A stretch of DNA of 64,000 nt, from assembly GCA_963816685.1 (NCBI GenBank), contig CAWFMB010000035.1:2490-66489 (forward strand). Direction: 5' to 3'. Positions 52,532 to 61,268 of this stretch are shown here, piece by piece. The number at the start of each line of letters is the position of its first letter. Positions within the stretch are counted from its first letter, which is position 1. A model generated the notes under the pieces. The model did no database searches. It worked only from the letters and a program-made list of their open reading frames with translations, and had not been told where the DNA came from. The position numbers and the translations under genes are program-made. This DNA is from an uncultured Prolixibacteraceae bacterium (GTDB taxonomy: Bacteria > Bacteroidota > Bacteroidia > Bacteroidales > Prolixibacteraceae).

Positions 52532-53656
52532 ATGACAGAAGAAAATAAAAAGTCTCCACCAAATACTGTTGAAGAAGATGAAATTGACCTGATTGCCCTG
52601 GCAAAAAACATCTGGAACGGAAGGAAGCTTATCTTCAAAATTGTGTTATTGTTTGCCCTGATTGGATTGGCTGTGGCAATGCTGACACCAAAGGAATTTA
52701 CAGCATCCACCACACTGGTGCCGCAAACATCACAGGGAAGTTCAAAACTAGGAGGATTGTCGTCACTGGCATCCATGGCCGGGTTTAACATAAATATGTC
52801 GCAGGGGGTTACTGAATTGTCCCCGCAGGTTTATCCGCAAATTGTGCAAAGCGTTCCATTTCAACTGGAAATCATGAATACTCCGTTCAAAATTGAAGGC
52901 ATCGATAAACGGGTTACGCTCTATGAATATTACACTGAATACTATAATCCCGGTTTTATTTCCGTCCTTAAAAAATATACCATTGGCCTTCCTGGAGTGA
53001 TTCTAAAGGCTATCAGGGGAGAACAAAAATATTCAGCAGAAATTGCAGAAACGGATACAGTTCAAACTATTCAACTTACTCCAAAACAGGATGCTGTTCG
53101 AAAAATTATTGCAGCAAATATTTCTCTTTCATTAAATGATAAGGAAGGAGTAATCCAACTAAGTTCAACTTTTCACGAACCCAGATTAACAGCGCAGGTA
53201 ACGCAAAAAGCAAAGGAACTGCTTCAGAAATACATAACCGAGTTCAAAGTGGAAAAAGCAACTGCACAAATGAACTTCGTGGAAGAACGGTACGAAGAAA
53301 AGAAAACTGAATTTCAAAAGGCACAGGCTGAACTGGCTTCATTCCGTGATCGCAACAAGAATGTAACCAGTGCAGTTGCCTATACAGAAGAGGAACGCCT
53401 GCAAAATGAATACCAGCTTGCATTTAATGTTTATTCGGAACTGGCCCAGCAACTGGAACAGGCCAGGATTAAAGTTAAGGAAGATACCCCTGTTTTCTCC
53501 ATAATTAAACCGGTTACAGTGCCTCTGGAAAAATCGAAACCCAACCGGCCACTGATTCTGATTATCTGGATTTTTCTTGGAGGGATTATCGGATTGGGTT
53601 GGGTTTTCGGAAGACAGTATTTTTCCACAGTCAGAACCCGCTGGGATGAAGTATAA
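52532..53656 (+). CDS. Wzz-type chain length determinant protein
   Basis: 374 aa. N-terminal DEIDLIALAKNIWNGRKLIFKIVLLFALIGLAVA, a central coiled coil and a C-terminal TM helix. Confidence 0.85.
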   Translation: MTEENKKSPPNTVEEDEIDLIALAKNIWNGRKLIFKIVLLFALIGLAVAMLTPKEFTASTTLVPQTSQGSSKLGGLSSLASMAGFNINMSQGVTELSPQVYPQIVQSVPFQLEIMNTPFKIEGIDKRVTLYEYYTEYYNPGFISVLKKYTIGLPGVILKAIRGEQKYSAEIAETDTVQTIQLTPKQDAVRKIIAANISLSLNDKEGVIQLSSTFHEPRLTAQVTQKAKELLQKYITEFKVEKATAQMNFVEERYEEKKTEFQKAQAELASFRDRNKNVTSAVAYTEEERLQNEYQLAFNVYSELAQQLEQARIKVKEDTPVFSIIKPVTVPLEKSKPNRPLILIIWIFLGGIIGLGWVFGRQYFSTVRTRWDEV

Positions 53657-53716
53657 TCTTTTACCTGAATTTTCTTATTTCTGCATCATCGCATATACAC
53701 ATTAAAGCAATAATAT

Positions 53717-55027
53717 ATGAATCCTACTAAAAACTTTCTTGAAAAAATAGAACAGAATACTGAGGTTGTCGGAGTTATCGGGCTCGGATATGTCGGGCTT
53801 CCGCTGGCAGTTAATTTTGCCGAAGCGAAAGTAAAAGTTATCGGTTTCGATAAAAATCAGGACAAAGTAGACCGGATTAACCGGGGCGACAATTATATCG
53901 GCGACATTCGCGATGCGGTTCTTAAAGAAGTGGTCGATAATGTATCCCTTTCTGCCACTACCGATTTCTCAAGAATGAATGAATGTGATGCACTGCTCAT
54001 TTGCGTCCCCACTCCTCTCGATCGTTTCCGTAAACCGGATATGAGTTACATCGAAAGCGCATGCACCGATATTGGAAGGCACATGAAAACCGGAACATTC
54101 ATCAGTCTCGAAAGCACAACTTATCCAACCACTACCGAAGATTTAATGCTTCCGATAATTGAAAAAGAGAGTGGCCTCAAACACGGTGTTGATTTCTGGC
54201 TGGCTTACTCACCAGAACGTGTCGATCCTGGAAACAAGTCGTTTCACACCCGCAATACACCAAAAGTACTGGGAGCGATGACTGAAGAAGGAAAACAGAT
54301 TGGAGAAGCACTGTATAAAAAGGCAATTGACAACATTCACACCGTCAGCTCACCACGTGTTGCCGAAATGGTAAAAATCCTTGAAAATACTTACCGGCTC
54401 ATCAACATCAGTTTGATTAACGAACTGGCGCTGCTTTCCGGAAAAATGGATATCAACATCTGGGAAGTGATTGAAGCGGCCAAAACAAAACCCTTCGGCT
54501 TCCAGGCATTTTACCCCGGACCGGGAATTGGCGGCCACTGCATCCCCCTCGATCCATTTTACCTGGAGCATATTGCCAAACGGTTCGATTTTGACCTGAG
54601 CATGATTCACGCTGCAGGACATATTAACATGCGGATGCCCCATTACATGTACATAAAAATTGCCACTGCCCTTAACCGGCACAAAAAAGCAGTAAACGGC
54701 AGCAACATCCTGTTCCTCGGTGTTGCCTACAAACCCAATATCAACGACGAGCGCGAATCACCAGCCCTTGAAATTATTGATATAACCCTTCACAAAGGCG
54801 GACTTGCAAAATACCACGACCCGTTCATTCCCCGGATTAAAACACACGAAGGAAATATTCTGAATTCAATCGAGCTGAATGAAGAAACTTTGCAACAGGC
54901 AGATTGTGTGGTGTTAACGACCAATCATGACGCTTTTGATGTGGAATTTATACAACAGCATGCAAAAATGATTGTGGATATGCGGAATATGATTAAGGAA
55001 GGAAACGAAAAGGTATATAAATTGTAG
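53717..55027 (+). CDS. Nucleotide-sugar dehydrogenase (UDP-N-acetyl-hexosamine dehydrogenase type)
   Basis: 436 aa. VIGLGYVGLPLA Rossmann motif and the catalytic-Cys region GPGIGGHCIPLDP. Confidence 0.9.
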   Translation: MNPTKNFLEKIEQNTEVVGVIGLGYVGLPLAVNFAEAKVKVIGFDKNQDKVDRINRGDNYIGDIRDAVLKEVVDNVSLSATTDFSRMNECDALLICVPTPLDRFRKPDMSYIESACTDIGRHMKTGTFISLESTTYPTTTEDLMLPIIEKESGLKHGVDFWLAYSPERVDPGNKSFHTRNTPKVLGAMTEEGKQIGEALYKKAIDNIHTVSSPRVAEMVKILENTYRLINISLINELALLSGKMDINIWEVIEAAKTKPFGFQAFYPGPGIGGHCIPLDPFYLEHIAKRFDFDLSMIHAAGHINMRMPHYMYIKIATALNRHKKAVNGSNILFLGVAYKPNINDERESPALEIIDITLHKGGLAKYHDPFIPRIKTHEGNILNSIELNEETLQQADCVVLTTNHDAFDVEFIQQHAKMIVDMRNMIKEGNEKVYKL

Positions 55028-56131
55028 TTCCTGCTGTACTGGCTTAAGATGACTAACGGCTCGGTAAACTTTTGAATGCTTTTCCCTATATTAGCAGTAT
55101 CAAACTCCCCTTGGAGGCTTGGGGGTAAAAAACGATGGAAAAGGATCATCATAACTCCTCCGCTGCCCCTGACCCCCAAAGGGTGAGGCTAACGCACAAA
55201 AAGCCGATGTATAAATAAAGAAATACATAATATCATAATTCAAAAACGTTTGAATGCTGTTCTCTATATCAGCAGAGTCAAACTCCCCCCTGGGGGCTTG
55301 GGGGTAAAAAAGGAGGAAAATCATCATACCTCCTTCGCTACCCCTGTCCCCCAAGGGGTGAAGCCAACGCACAAAAAGCCGATGTATAAATAAAGAAATA
55401 CATAATATCATAATTCAAAAACGTTTGAATGCTGTTCTCTATATCAGCAGAGTCAAACTCCCCCTTGGGGGCTTGGGGGTAAAAAAAGGAGGAAAATCAT
55501 CATACCTCCTTCGCTACCCCTGTCCCCCAAGGGGTGAAGCCAACGCACAAAAAGCCGATGTATAAATAAAGAAATACATAATATCATAATTCAAAAACGT
55601 TTGAATGCTGTTCTCTATATCAGCAGAGTCAAACTCCCCCTTGGGGGCTTGGGGGTAAAAAAAGGAGAAAAATCATCATACCTCCTTCGCTACCCCTGTC
55701 CCCCAAGGGGTGAAGCCAACACACAAAAAGCCGATGTATAAATAAAAAATACATAATATCATAATTCAAAAACGTTTGAATGCTGTTCTCTATATCAGTA
55801 GTGTCAAACTCCCCCTTGGGGGCTTGGGGGTAAAAAACGATGGAAAAGGATCATCATAACTCCTCCGCTACCCCTGACCCCCAAGGGGTGAAGCCAACGC
55901 ACAAAAGTCCGATGTTGTAAATAAAGAAATACATAATATCGTAATTCAAAAAAATTTGAATGCTGTTCTCTATATCAGCAGAGTCAAACTCCCCCTTGGG
56001 GGCTTGGGGGTAAAAAGAAGGAGAATCATCATCATACCTCTTTCGCTACCCCTGTCCCCCAAGGGGTGAAGCCAACGCACAAAAAGCCGATGTATAAATA
56101 AAGAAATACATAATATCATAATTCAAAAACG

Positions 56132-56777
56132 TTTGAATGCTTTTCCCTATATCAGCAGAGTCAAACTCCCCCTTGGGGGCTGGGGGTAAAAAGAAGGAGA
56201 ATCATCATAATACCTCCTTCGCTACCCCTGTCCCCCAAGGGGTGAAGCTAACGCACAAAAAATAGTAAATAAACCAGGTATTGCAAATTCAACCGCTTTC
56301 CCCTGAAATCTGGTGCAAAATTTCTGCATATGAATGATGAATTAGCCAAATCAATGTATTACGGAGCCACACCTTCAACATTAAAAAAAGCATGGCAACT
56401 TCGTAATAAAATGACATCGGCTGAAGAATTACTCTGGGAAAAATTAAAGGGAAAGCAAATTTGTAACGTAAGGTTCCGCAGACAGCATCCTATATATTTA
56501 TATATTGTTGACTTTTATTGTCATCCTGCAAAATTAGTTATTGAATTGGACGGCAAATATCATTTAAGAACAAAAAAAGAAGATAGGGAAAGAACTGAAC
56601 AATTAAAGTCTCTTAACCTTGATGTAATTCGTTTTACAAACGATAAAGTTGAAACCAATATAAATAAAGTACTTGAAGAAATTACTTTAAAAGTCAAACA
56701 TCGTTTGGAAATCAATTCTTAAGATTTCAAGTGAGTAAGAATAAAGAGTAATCACATAATATCATAATTCAAAAACG
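56132..56777 (+). mobile_element. Long repeat unit carrying DUF559 gene (candidate selfish cassette), copy 1
   Basis: It shares about 130 nt at the 5' end and about 35 nt at the 3' end with the short units. An insert of about 470 bp holds the ORF. The insert is bounded by AAATAAA (56267-56273) and AATAAAG (56740-56746). Unit ends are TTTGAAT ... ATTCAAA. Confidence 0.4.
56330..56722 (+). CDS. DUF559 (Vsr/PD-(D/E)xK-fold) endonuclease-like protein
   Basis: 130 aa. LRNKMTSAEELLWEKLK...FRRQHPIYLYIVDFYCHPAKLVIELDGKYH....D..R...L...LDVIRFTNDKV is the DUF559 signature. Confidence 0.85.
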   Translation: MNDELAKSMYYGATPSTLKKAWQLRNKMTSAEELLWEKLKGKQICNVRFRRQHPIYLYIVDFYCHPAKLVIELDGKYHLRTKKEDRERTEQLKSLNLDVIRFTNDKVETNINKVLEEITLKVKHRLEINS

Positions 56778-57130
56778 TTTGAATGCTTTTCTCTATATCA
56801 GCAGTGTCAAACTCCCCCTGGGGGCTGGGGGTAAAAGAAGGAGAATCATCATAATACCTCCTTCGCTACCCCTGTCCCCCAAGGGGTGAGGCCAACGCAC
56901 AAAAAGCCGATGTTATAAATAAAGAAATACATAATATCATAATTCAAAAACGTTTGAATGCTGTTCTCTATATCAGCAGAGTCAAACTCCCCCTTGGGGG
57001 CTTGGGGGTAAAAAGAAGGAGAATCATCATCATACCTCCTTCGCTACCCCTGTCCCCCAAGGGGTGAAGCCAACGCACAAAAGTCCGATGTTGTAAATAA
57101 AGAAATACATAATATCATAATTCAAAAACG

Positions 57131-57803
57131 TTTGAATGCTTTTCCCTATATCAGCAGAGTCAAACTCCCCCTTGGGGGCTGGGGGTAAAAAGAAGGAGAA
57201 TCATCATAATACCTCCTTCGCTACCCCTGTCCCCCAAGGGGTGAAGCCAACGCACAAAAAATAGTAAATAAACCAGGTATTGCAAATTCAACCGCTTTCC
57301 CCTGAAATCTGGTGCAAAATTTCTGCATATGAATGATGAATTAGCCAAATCAATGTATTACGGAGCCACACCTTCAACATTAAAAAAAGCATGGCAACTT
57401 CGTAATAAAATGACATCGGCTGAAGAATTACTCTGGGAAAAATTAAAGGGAAAGCAAATTTGTAACGTAAGGTTCCGCAGACAGCATCCTATATATTTAT
57501 ATATTGTTGACTTTTATTGTCATCCTGCAAAATTAGTTATTGAATTGGACGGCAAATATCATTTAAGAACAAAAAAAGAAGATAGGGAAAGAATTGAACA
57601 ATTAAAGTCTCTTAACCTTGATGTAATTCGTTTTACAAACGATAAAGTTGAAACCAATATAAATAAAGTACTTGAAGAAATTACTTTAAAAGTCAAACAT
57701 CGTTTGGAAATCAATTCTTAAGATTTCAAAGTGAAGGTAATCACATAAAAAATTAAAGTATAAATAAAAAAGCACATAATATCGTAAATCAAATTCAAAA
57801 AAA
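57131..57803 (+). mobile_element. Long repeat unit carrying DUF559 gene, copy 2
   Basis: Offset by exactly 999 bp from copy 1 through the ORF (57329 versus 56330). The 3' flank is more diverged. Confidence 0.4.
57329..57721 (+). CDS. DUF559 endonuclease-like protein, second copy
   Basis: 130 aa. Differs from the 56330 copy at a single residue (T89I). Confidence 0.85.
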   Translation: MNDELAKSMYYGATPSTLKKAWQLRNKMTSAEELLWEKLKGKQICNVRFRRQHPIYLYIVDFYCHPAKLVIELDGKYHLRTKKEDRERIEQLKSLNLDVIRFTNDKVETNINKVLEEITLKVKHRLEINS

Positions 57804-58230
57804 TCTGAATGCTTTTCCCTATATCAGCAGTGTCAAACTCCCCCTTGGGGGCTGGGGGTAAAAAGAAGGAGAATCATCATCATACTTCCTTCGCTACCCC
57901 TGTCCCCCAAGGGGTGAAGCCAACGCACAAAAGTCCGATGTTGTAAATAAAGAAATACATAATATCGTAATTCAAAAAAATTTGAATGCTGTTCTCTATA
58001 TCAGCAGAGTCAAACTCCCCCTTGGGGGCTTGGGGGTAAAAAAAGGAGGAAAATCATCATACCTCCTTCGCTACCCCTGTCCACCAAGGGGTGAAGCCAA
58101 CGCACAGGGATTTTGGGGTAATCGCTAAAAGATACATAAAGAGAAAAATACAAAAACAAATTCATCATTTTGAAATACTATTCCCAATATAAGGGATTTC
58201 AAACTCCCCCTCCGGGGGTTGGGGGGCTAT

Positions 58231-60036
58231 ATGACCATTGAAGCCTGGCTTACACTCGCCATCCTGCTTTACATTGTAGTAGCATTTCTTACTGAAATGC
58301 TGCGTCCCGGATTGATTCTTTTCAGTGCGGCAGTTATATTTATGGCTACAGGAATCATTACAGCAGAGGAATTGATTGCAGGATTCTCCAACAACGGAGT
58401 AGTTACTATCGTCGTGTTGTTTCTTGTTAATGAAGGGATAAAGCAATCGGGCCTCATTACCCGGCTGGCACAGGCATGGCTTCCCCGTAAGAAAAACCCA
58501 ATGCCCTTTCTGCTTCCCCGGATTATGATTCCGGTGGCTTTTCTTTCAGCATTTCTGAATAACCTGCCGATGGTAGTGAACATCACCCCACTGCTCATTA
58601 AATGGGCCGACCTGATGAAACTTTCTTACAAGAAGTTCCTCATTCCCCTCTCCTATGCCGCTATCTTTGGAGGAATGTGTACACTTATTGGCACATCATC
58701 CAACCTTGTGGTGCATGGATTGATGCTTGAAAACGGATTTCGCGGTTTACACCTGTTCGAACTGGCAAAAGTGGGCGGCTTCATTTCTCTTATCGGCTTT
58801 ATTTATATTGCTGTTTTTGGCAACCTGTTACTTCCCGGTAAAAAGATAAAAATAAGCCAGCAAAATGCAGATGTAAAAGATTATTACTACAACCTTATAC
58901 TTACTTCTGACAGTAAATTTACCGGCCAATCTATTTCAGGAAAACGAATCCCCGGACTAAACGGATTAACAATACAATCCATCGAACGAAACGGAAAGTT
59001 AATTCGACCAGGCAAATTAAATGATTTGAAGTTGCGTGCAGATGACCACATCCTTGTGGCAGGCAGCGCTGACCGCATGAATTATATCCTCGCGCACAAG
59101 GATGTAAGACTAGCAGGAATCGAGTATCTTGAAAACGCTGATCCCGCCAAATTAAAACAATATGAAGCAGTACTCTCGCCCCGTTTTGCCGGTCTTGGAC
59201 AAACAATCAAGGAATACAACTTTTTCGAACATTTTAATGCTGTAGTGCTTGCAGTGCATCGAAATGGCGAACGCATATCTGCCAATCTGAACAACCTGAA
59301 ACTAAAGGTGGGTGACAATGTGGTTTTACTGGCAACAGAAAAGTTTGAAGAGATTTGGAGTACGTCCCGTATTTTTTACCTTGTCAACTATGTGCGCGAT
59401 TACCGGCAGGAAAAAAGCACCCGTAAAAAATGGCTGGCCCTTTTTATTTTACTGGCAATGGTGGCAGGCATTGTTATCAATGAAATTGTCTCCTACGGAT
59501 ACGGCATGCGGCTCAACATCTTCTATTTTGTAGCCTTTGCTGCCATTTTGCTTGTATGGCTGAAAATCCTCCCACACCAGAATTATACAAAGGCGGTGAG
59601 CTGGGATTTCATCGTCAGCATTGCATCGGCTTTTGCTGTAAGCCGCGCCATTCAAAATGCAGGAATGGCAGAAATCCTTGCCAAAGATGCAATCGGAATT
59701 GTGAAGTCACTGGGGCCGGCGGGCGTTTTGGCTATCATTTATCTTTTAACAGCCATACTTACAGAAATAATTACAAACAATGCAGCCGTTGCCCTTGTAT
59801 TTCCCATTGCAGTAGTAGCCGCGCAAATACTGGGTGCCGATGCAAAACCATTTTTTGTAGCCATTGCCATTGCAGGCGCTTCAAGCTTTATGACTGCCAG
59901 GGGATATCGTGCCAACCTCATTATAAAATCCATCGGAAAATATTCCCATCGCGATTTTCTGCTTATTGGTGCCCCAATGCAGGTCATCGCATTTATAATC
60001 AGTGTCTGGCTTATTCCATATTTCTGGAACTTTTAA
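58231..60036 (+). CDS. SLC13/DASS family anion permease with two central TrkA-C domains (candidate sulfate transporter)
   Basis: Transmembrane halves flank two TrkA-C-like segments (..LTIQSIERNGKLIRPG..DHILVAG.. and ..AVVLAVHRNGERI..GDNVVLLAT..). I use the ATG at 58231 (MTIEAWLTL) rather than the track's TTG at 58219. Confidence 0.8.
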   Translation: MTIEAWLTLAILLYIVVAFLTEMLRPGLILFSAAVIFMATGIITAEELIAGFSNNGVVTIVVLFLVNEGIKQSGLITRLAQAWLPRKKNPMPFLLPRIMIPVAFLSAFLNNLPMVVNITPLLIKWADLMKLSYKKFLIPLSYAAIFGGMCTLIGTSSNLVVHGLMLENGFRGLHLFELAKVGGFISLIGFIYIAVFGNLLLPGKKIKISQQNADVKDYYYNLILTSDSKFTGQSISGKRIPGLNGLTIQSIERNGKLIRPGKLNDLKLRADDHILVAGSADRMNYILAHKDVRLAGIEYLENADPAKLKQYEAVLSPRFAGLGQTIKEYNFFEHFNAVVLAVHRNGERISANLNNLKLKVGDNVVLLATEKFEEIWSTSRIFYLVNYVRDYRQEKSTRKKWLALFILLAMVAGIVINEIVSYGYGMRLNIFYFVAFAAILLVWLKILPHQNYTKAVSWDFIVSIASAFAVSRAIQNAGMAEILAKDAIGIVKSLGPAGVLAIIYLLTAILTEIITNNAAVALVFPIAVVAAQILGADAKPFFVAIAIAGASSFMTARGYRANLIIKSIGKYSHRDFLLIGAPMQVIAFIISVWLIPYFWNF

Positions 60037-60296
60037 CATCTCCGGACTTTACTAACCTGTCACCAAGGAATAAAAACAAAATTTTACCAGTACAGATACA
60101 GTCAATGTAAAAAGCAGTTTTCTGTCATTCCAAATTTTCTTATATTTAAGTGAGTTTAGAAAAAGAGAAAAATGCTAAAAAATGAATAAAACATAATTGG
60201 CGGATGTTAAAAAACATCCTGTTAAAGTCTGCAATTTCTCTCTTAAGGATGCAAAAGTAAGTTACAGGAAGCTGCCGGTTAAATAAATATTTTGTT

Positions 60297-60536
60297 ATGC
60301 TTATCACACCATTTTCTAAACATATATTTTGGTCATATAAAAAGGATGCAGATTTGCCCGATAATATTATTATAAAACAGGTAATTGCATTTGGGGAAAT
60401 TCCTGATCTCCTGCTGATAAAGGATTTATTTTCAAAAGAAAAGATTTATTCTGTACTGGAAAACTGGACAAACAAAGATCAATATAAAAAAAGGATCAAT
60501 TTTATTGAAAAAGTTATCCTCCATGACCAACAATAA
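60297..60536 (+). CDS. Small protein upstream of AbiEii gene (possible cognate partner)
   Basis: 79 aa. The IFWSYKKDADLPDN..IIKQVIAFGEIPDLLLIKDLF pattern resembles the small domain often found beside Bacteroidota AbiEii genes (possibly DUF6922, unverified). Overlaps the next gene. Confidence 0.45.
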   Translation: MLITPFSKHIFWSYKKDADLPDNIIIKQVIAFGEIPDLLLIKDLFSKEKIYSVLENWTNKDQYKKRINFIEKVILHDQQ

Positions 60537-61185
60537 CATAAATACAGACTTTATATCTGAAGGGACACGCAACATTTTTGCAATGCTTGAAAACCAGAAT
60601 TTTATTAAAAAATATACATTGGTGGGAGGCACAGCACTTGCACTTCAAATTGGGCACCGGATGTCTGAAGATTTGGATTTTATTTATGATGGAGATAAAT
60701 TAAATACAACAACAATAAAGAGAAATATGGCGAAAGTCTTCCCTGGGTATAAAATCATTCGCCAGGAAGACGACTGGCATATTGATTTTATAGTTCAAAA
60801 CATTAAAGTAACCTTCTTTTCTTCAGGCGCAATAGTAGTACCTTTTAATATAATTGAACATTCCTTTCAGCATCAAAACATTAATATTTGTCCTGCCAAA
60901 ATAATAGCATCATTAAAAATGGCAGCGATTGCACAAAGAAACACCATTCGCGATTATTACGATCTCTATTTTATAGCCCGTTACAATTTTCCGCTTAAAG
61001 AAATAATTGAACAAACACAACAGCTTATTCCCGGATTATCACCGGTTACCTACACCGAAACACTTGTTTATACCGATGATATTGATGAAAACTCAATCCG
61101 TGAGCATTTAAACCCCAAAGAACAGATTACTAAAACTGAAATTGCACACTGGTTTGTTGAAGAACTAAAACGAATTATAACATAA
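60523..61185 (+). CDS. Nucleotidyltransferase AbiEii/AbiGii toxin family protein
   Basis: LVGGTALALQIGHRMSEDLDF is the characteristic motif. The track ORF begins at a TTG at 60505; the first ATG is at 60523. Confidence 0.75.
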   Translation: MTNNNINTDFISEGTRNIFAMLENQNFIKKYTLVGGTALALQIGHRMSEDLDFIYDGDKLNTTTIKRNMAKVFPGYKIIRQEDDWHIDFIVQNIKVTFFSSGAIVVPFNIIEHSFQHQNINICPAKIIASLKMAAIAQRNTIRDYYDLYFIARYNFPLKEIIEQTQQLIPGLSPVTYTETLVYTDDIDENSIREHLNPKEQITKTEIAHWFVEELKRIIT

Positions 61186-61268
61186 TCATATTCCTCAACC
61201 TGACTGCATCTGCAAGACCTGTCTGAGCATACCAGCCAATAAAACCAGATAATTACCACGAGCGTCTT

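Larger units (their letters stand above)
55071..58228. repeat. Head-to-tail array of ~177-bp hairpin-rich units (10 short, 2 long gene-bearing, 1 degenerate partial)
   Basis: Unit starts (TTTGAATGC...) are at 55071, 55249, 55424, 55600, 55775, 55955, 56132, 56778, 56953, 57131, 57804, 57981, with a partial at 58168. Short units are more than 90% identical by eye. Confidence 0.95.

Noticed and set aside
55283-55296. Link between the hairpin tip (CCCCC[C/T]TGGGGG, containing CCTGG or CTTGG) and Vsr-type T/G mismatch repair at Dcm sites, given the Vsr-like fold of DUF559
   Set aside because: It rests on one variable base. The T variant is simply the one that pairs with the opposite arm. DUF559 is not Vsr, and no dcm gene is visible. 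Too speculative to report as a finding.
55071-58228. CRISPR array
   Set aside because: The whole ~177-bp unit repeats and there are no unique spacers between repeats. The unit is far longer than CRISPR repeats, and there are no cas genes in the window.
55071-58228. Integron cassette array with attC hairpins
   Set aside because: The imperfect hairpins are reminiscent of attC. However, unit junctions read AACG/TTTGAAT and do not show RYYYAAC / GTTRRRY core sites. Most 'cassettes' would be empty, and no intI integrase is present.
54925-58446. Minus-strand ORFs inside the array (54925-55179, 55100-55411, 57160-57348, 58165-58446) and a recurring ~54-codon ORF starting ATGATGATTTTCC in each hairpin loop
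   Set aside because: Copies differ by single-base indels and the period is 175-180 bp, so the frame is not conserved between units. The peptides are low-complexity translations of the C/G runs (..PLGDRGSEGG..PQAPRGEF..).
59556-60110. 184-aa Cys/Arg-rich ORF
   Set aside because: It is an alternative frame fully inside the SLC13 permease gene. Its composition is typical of an off-frame translation.
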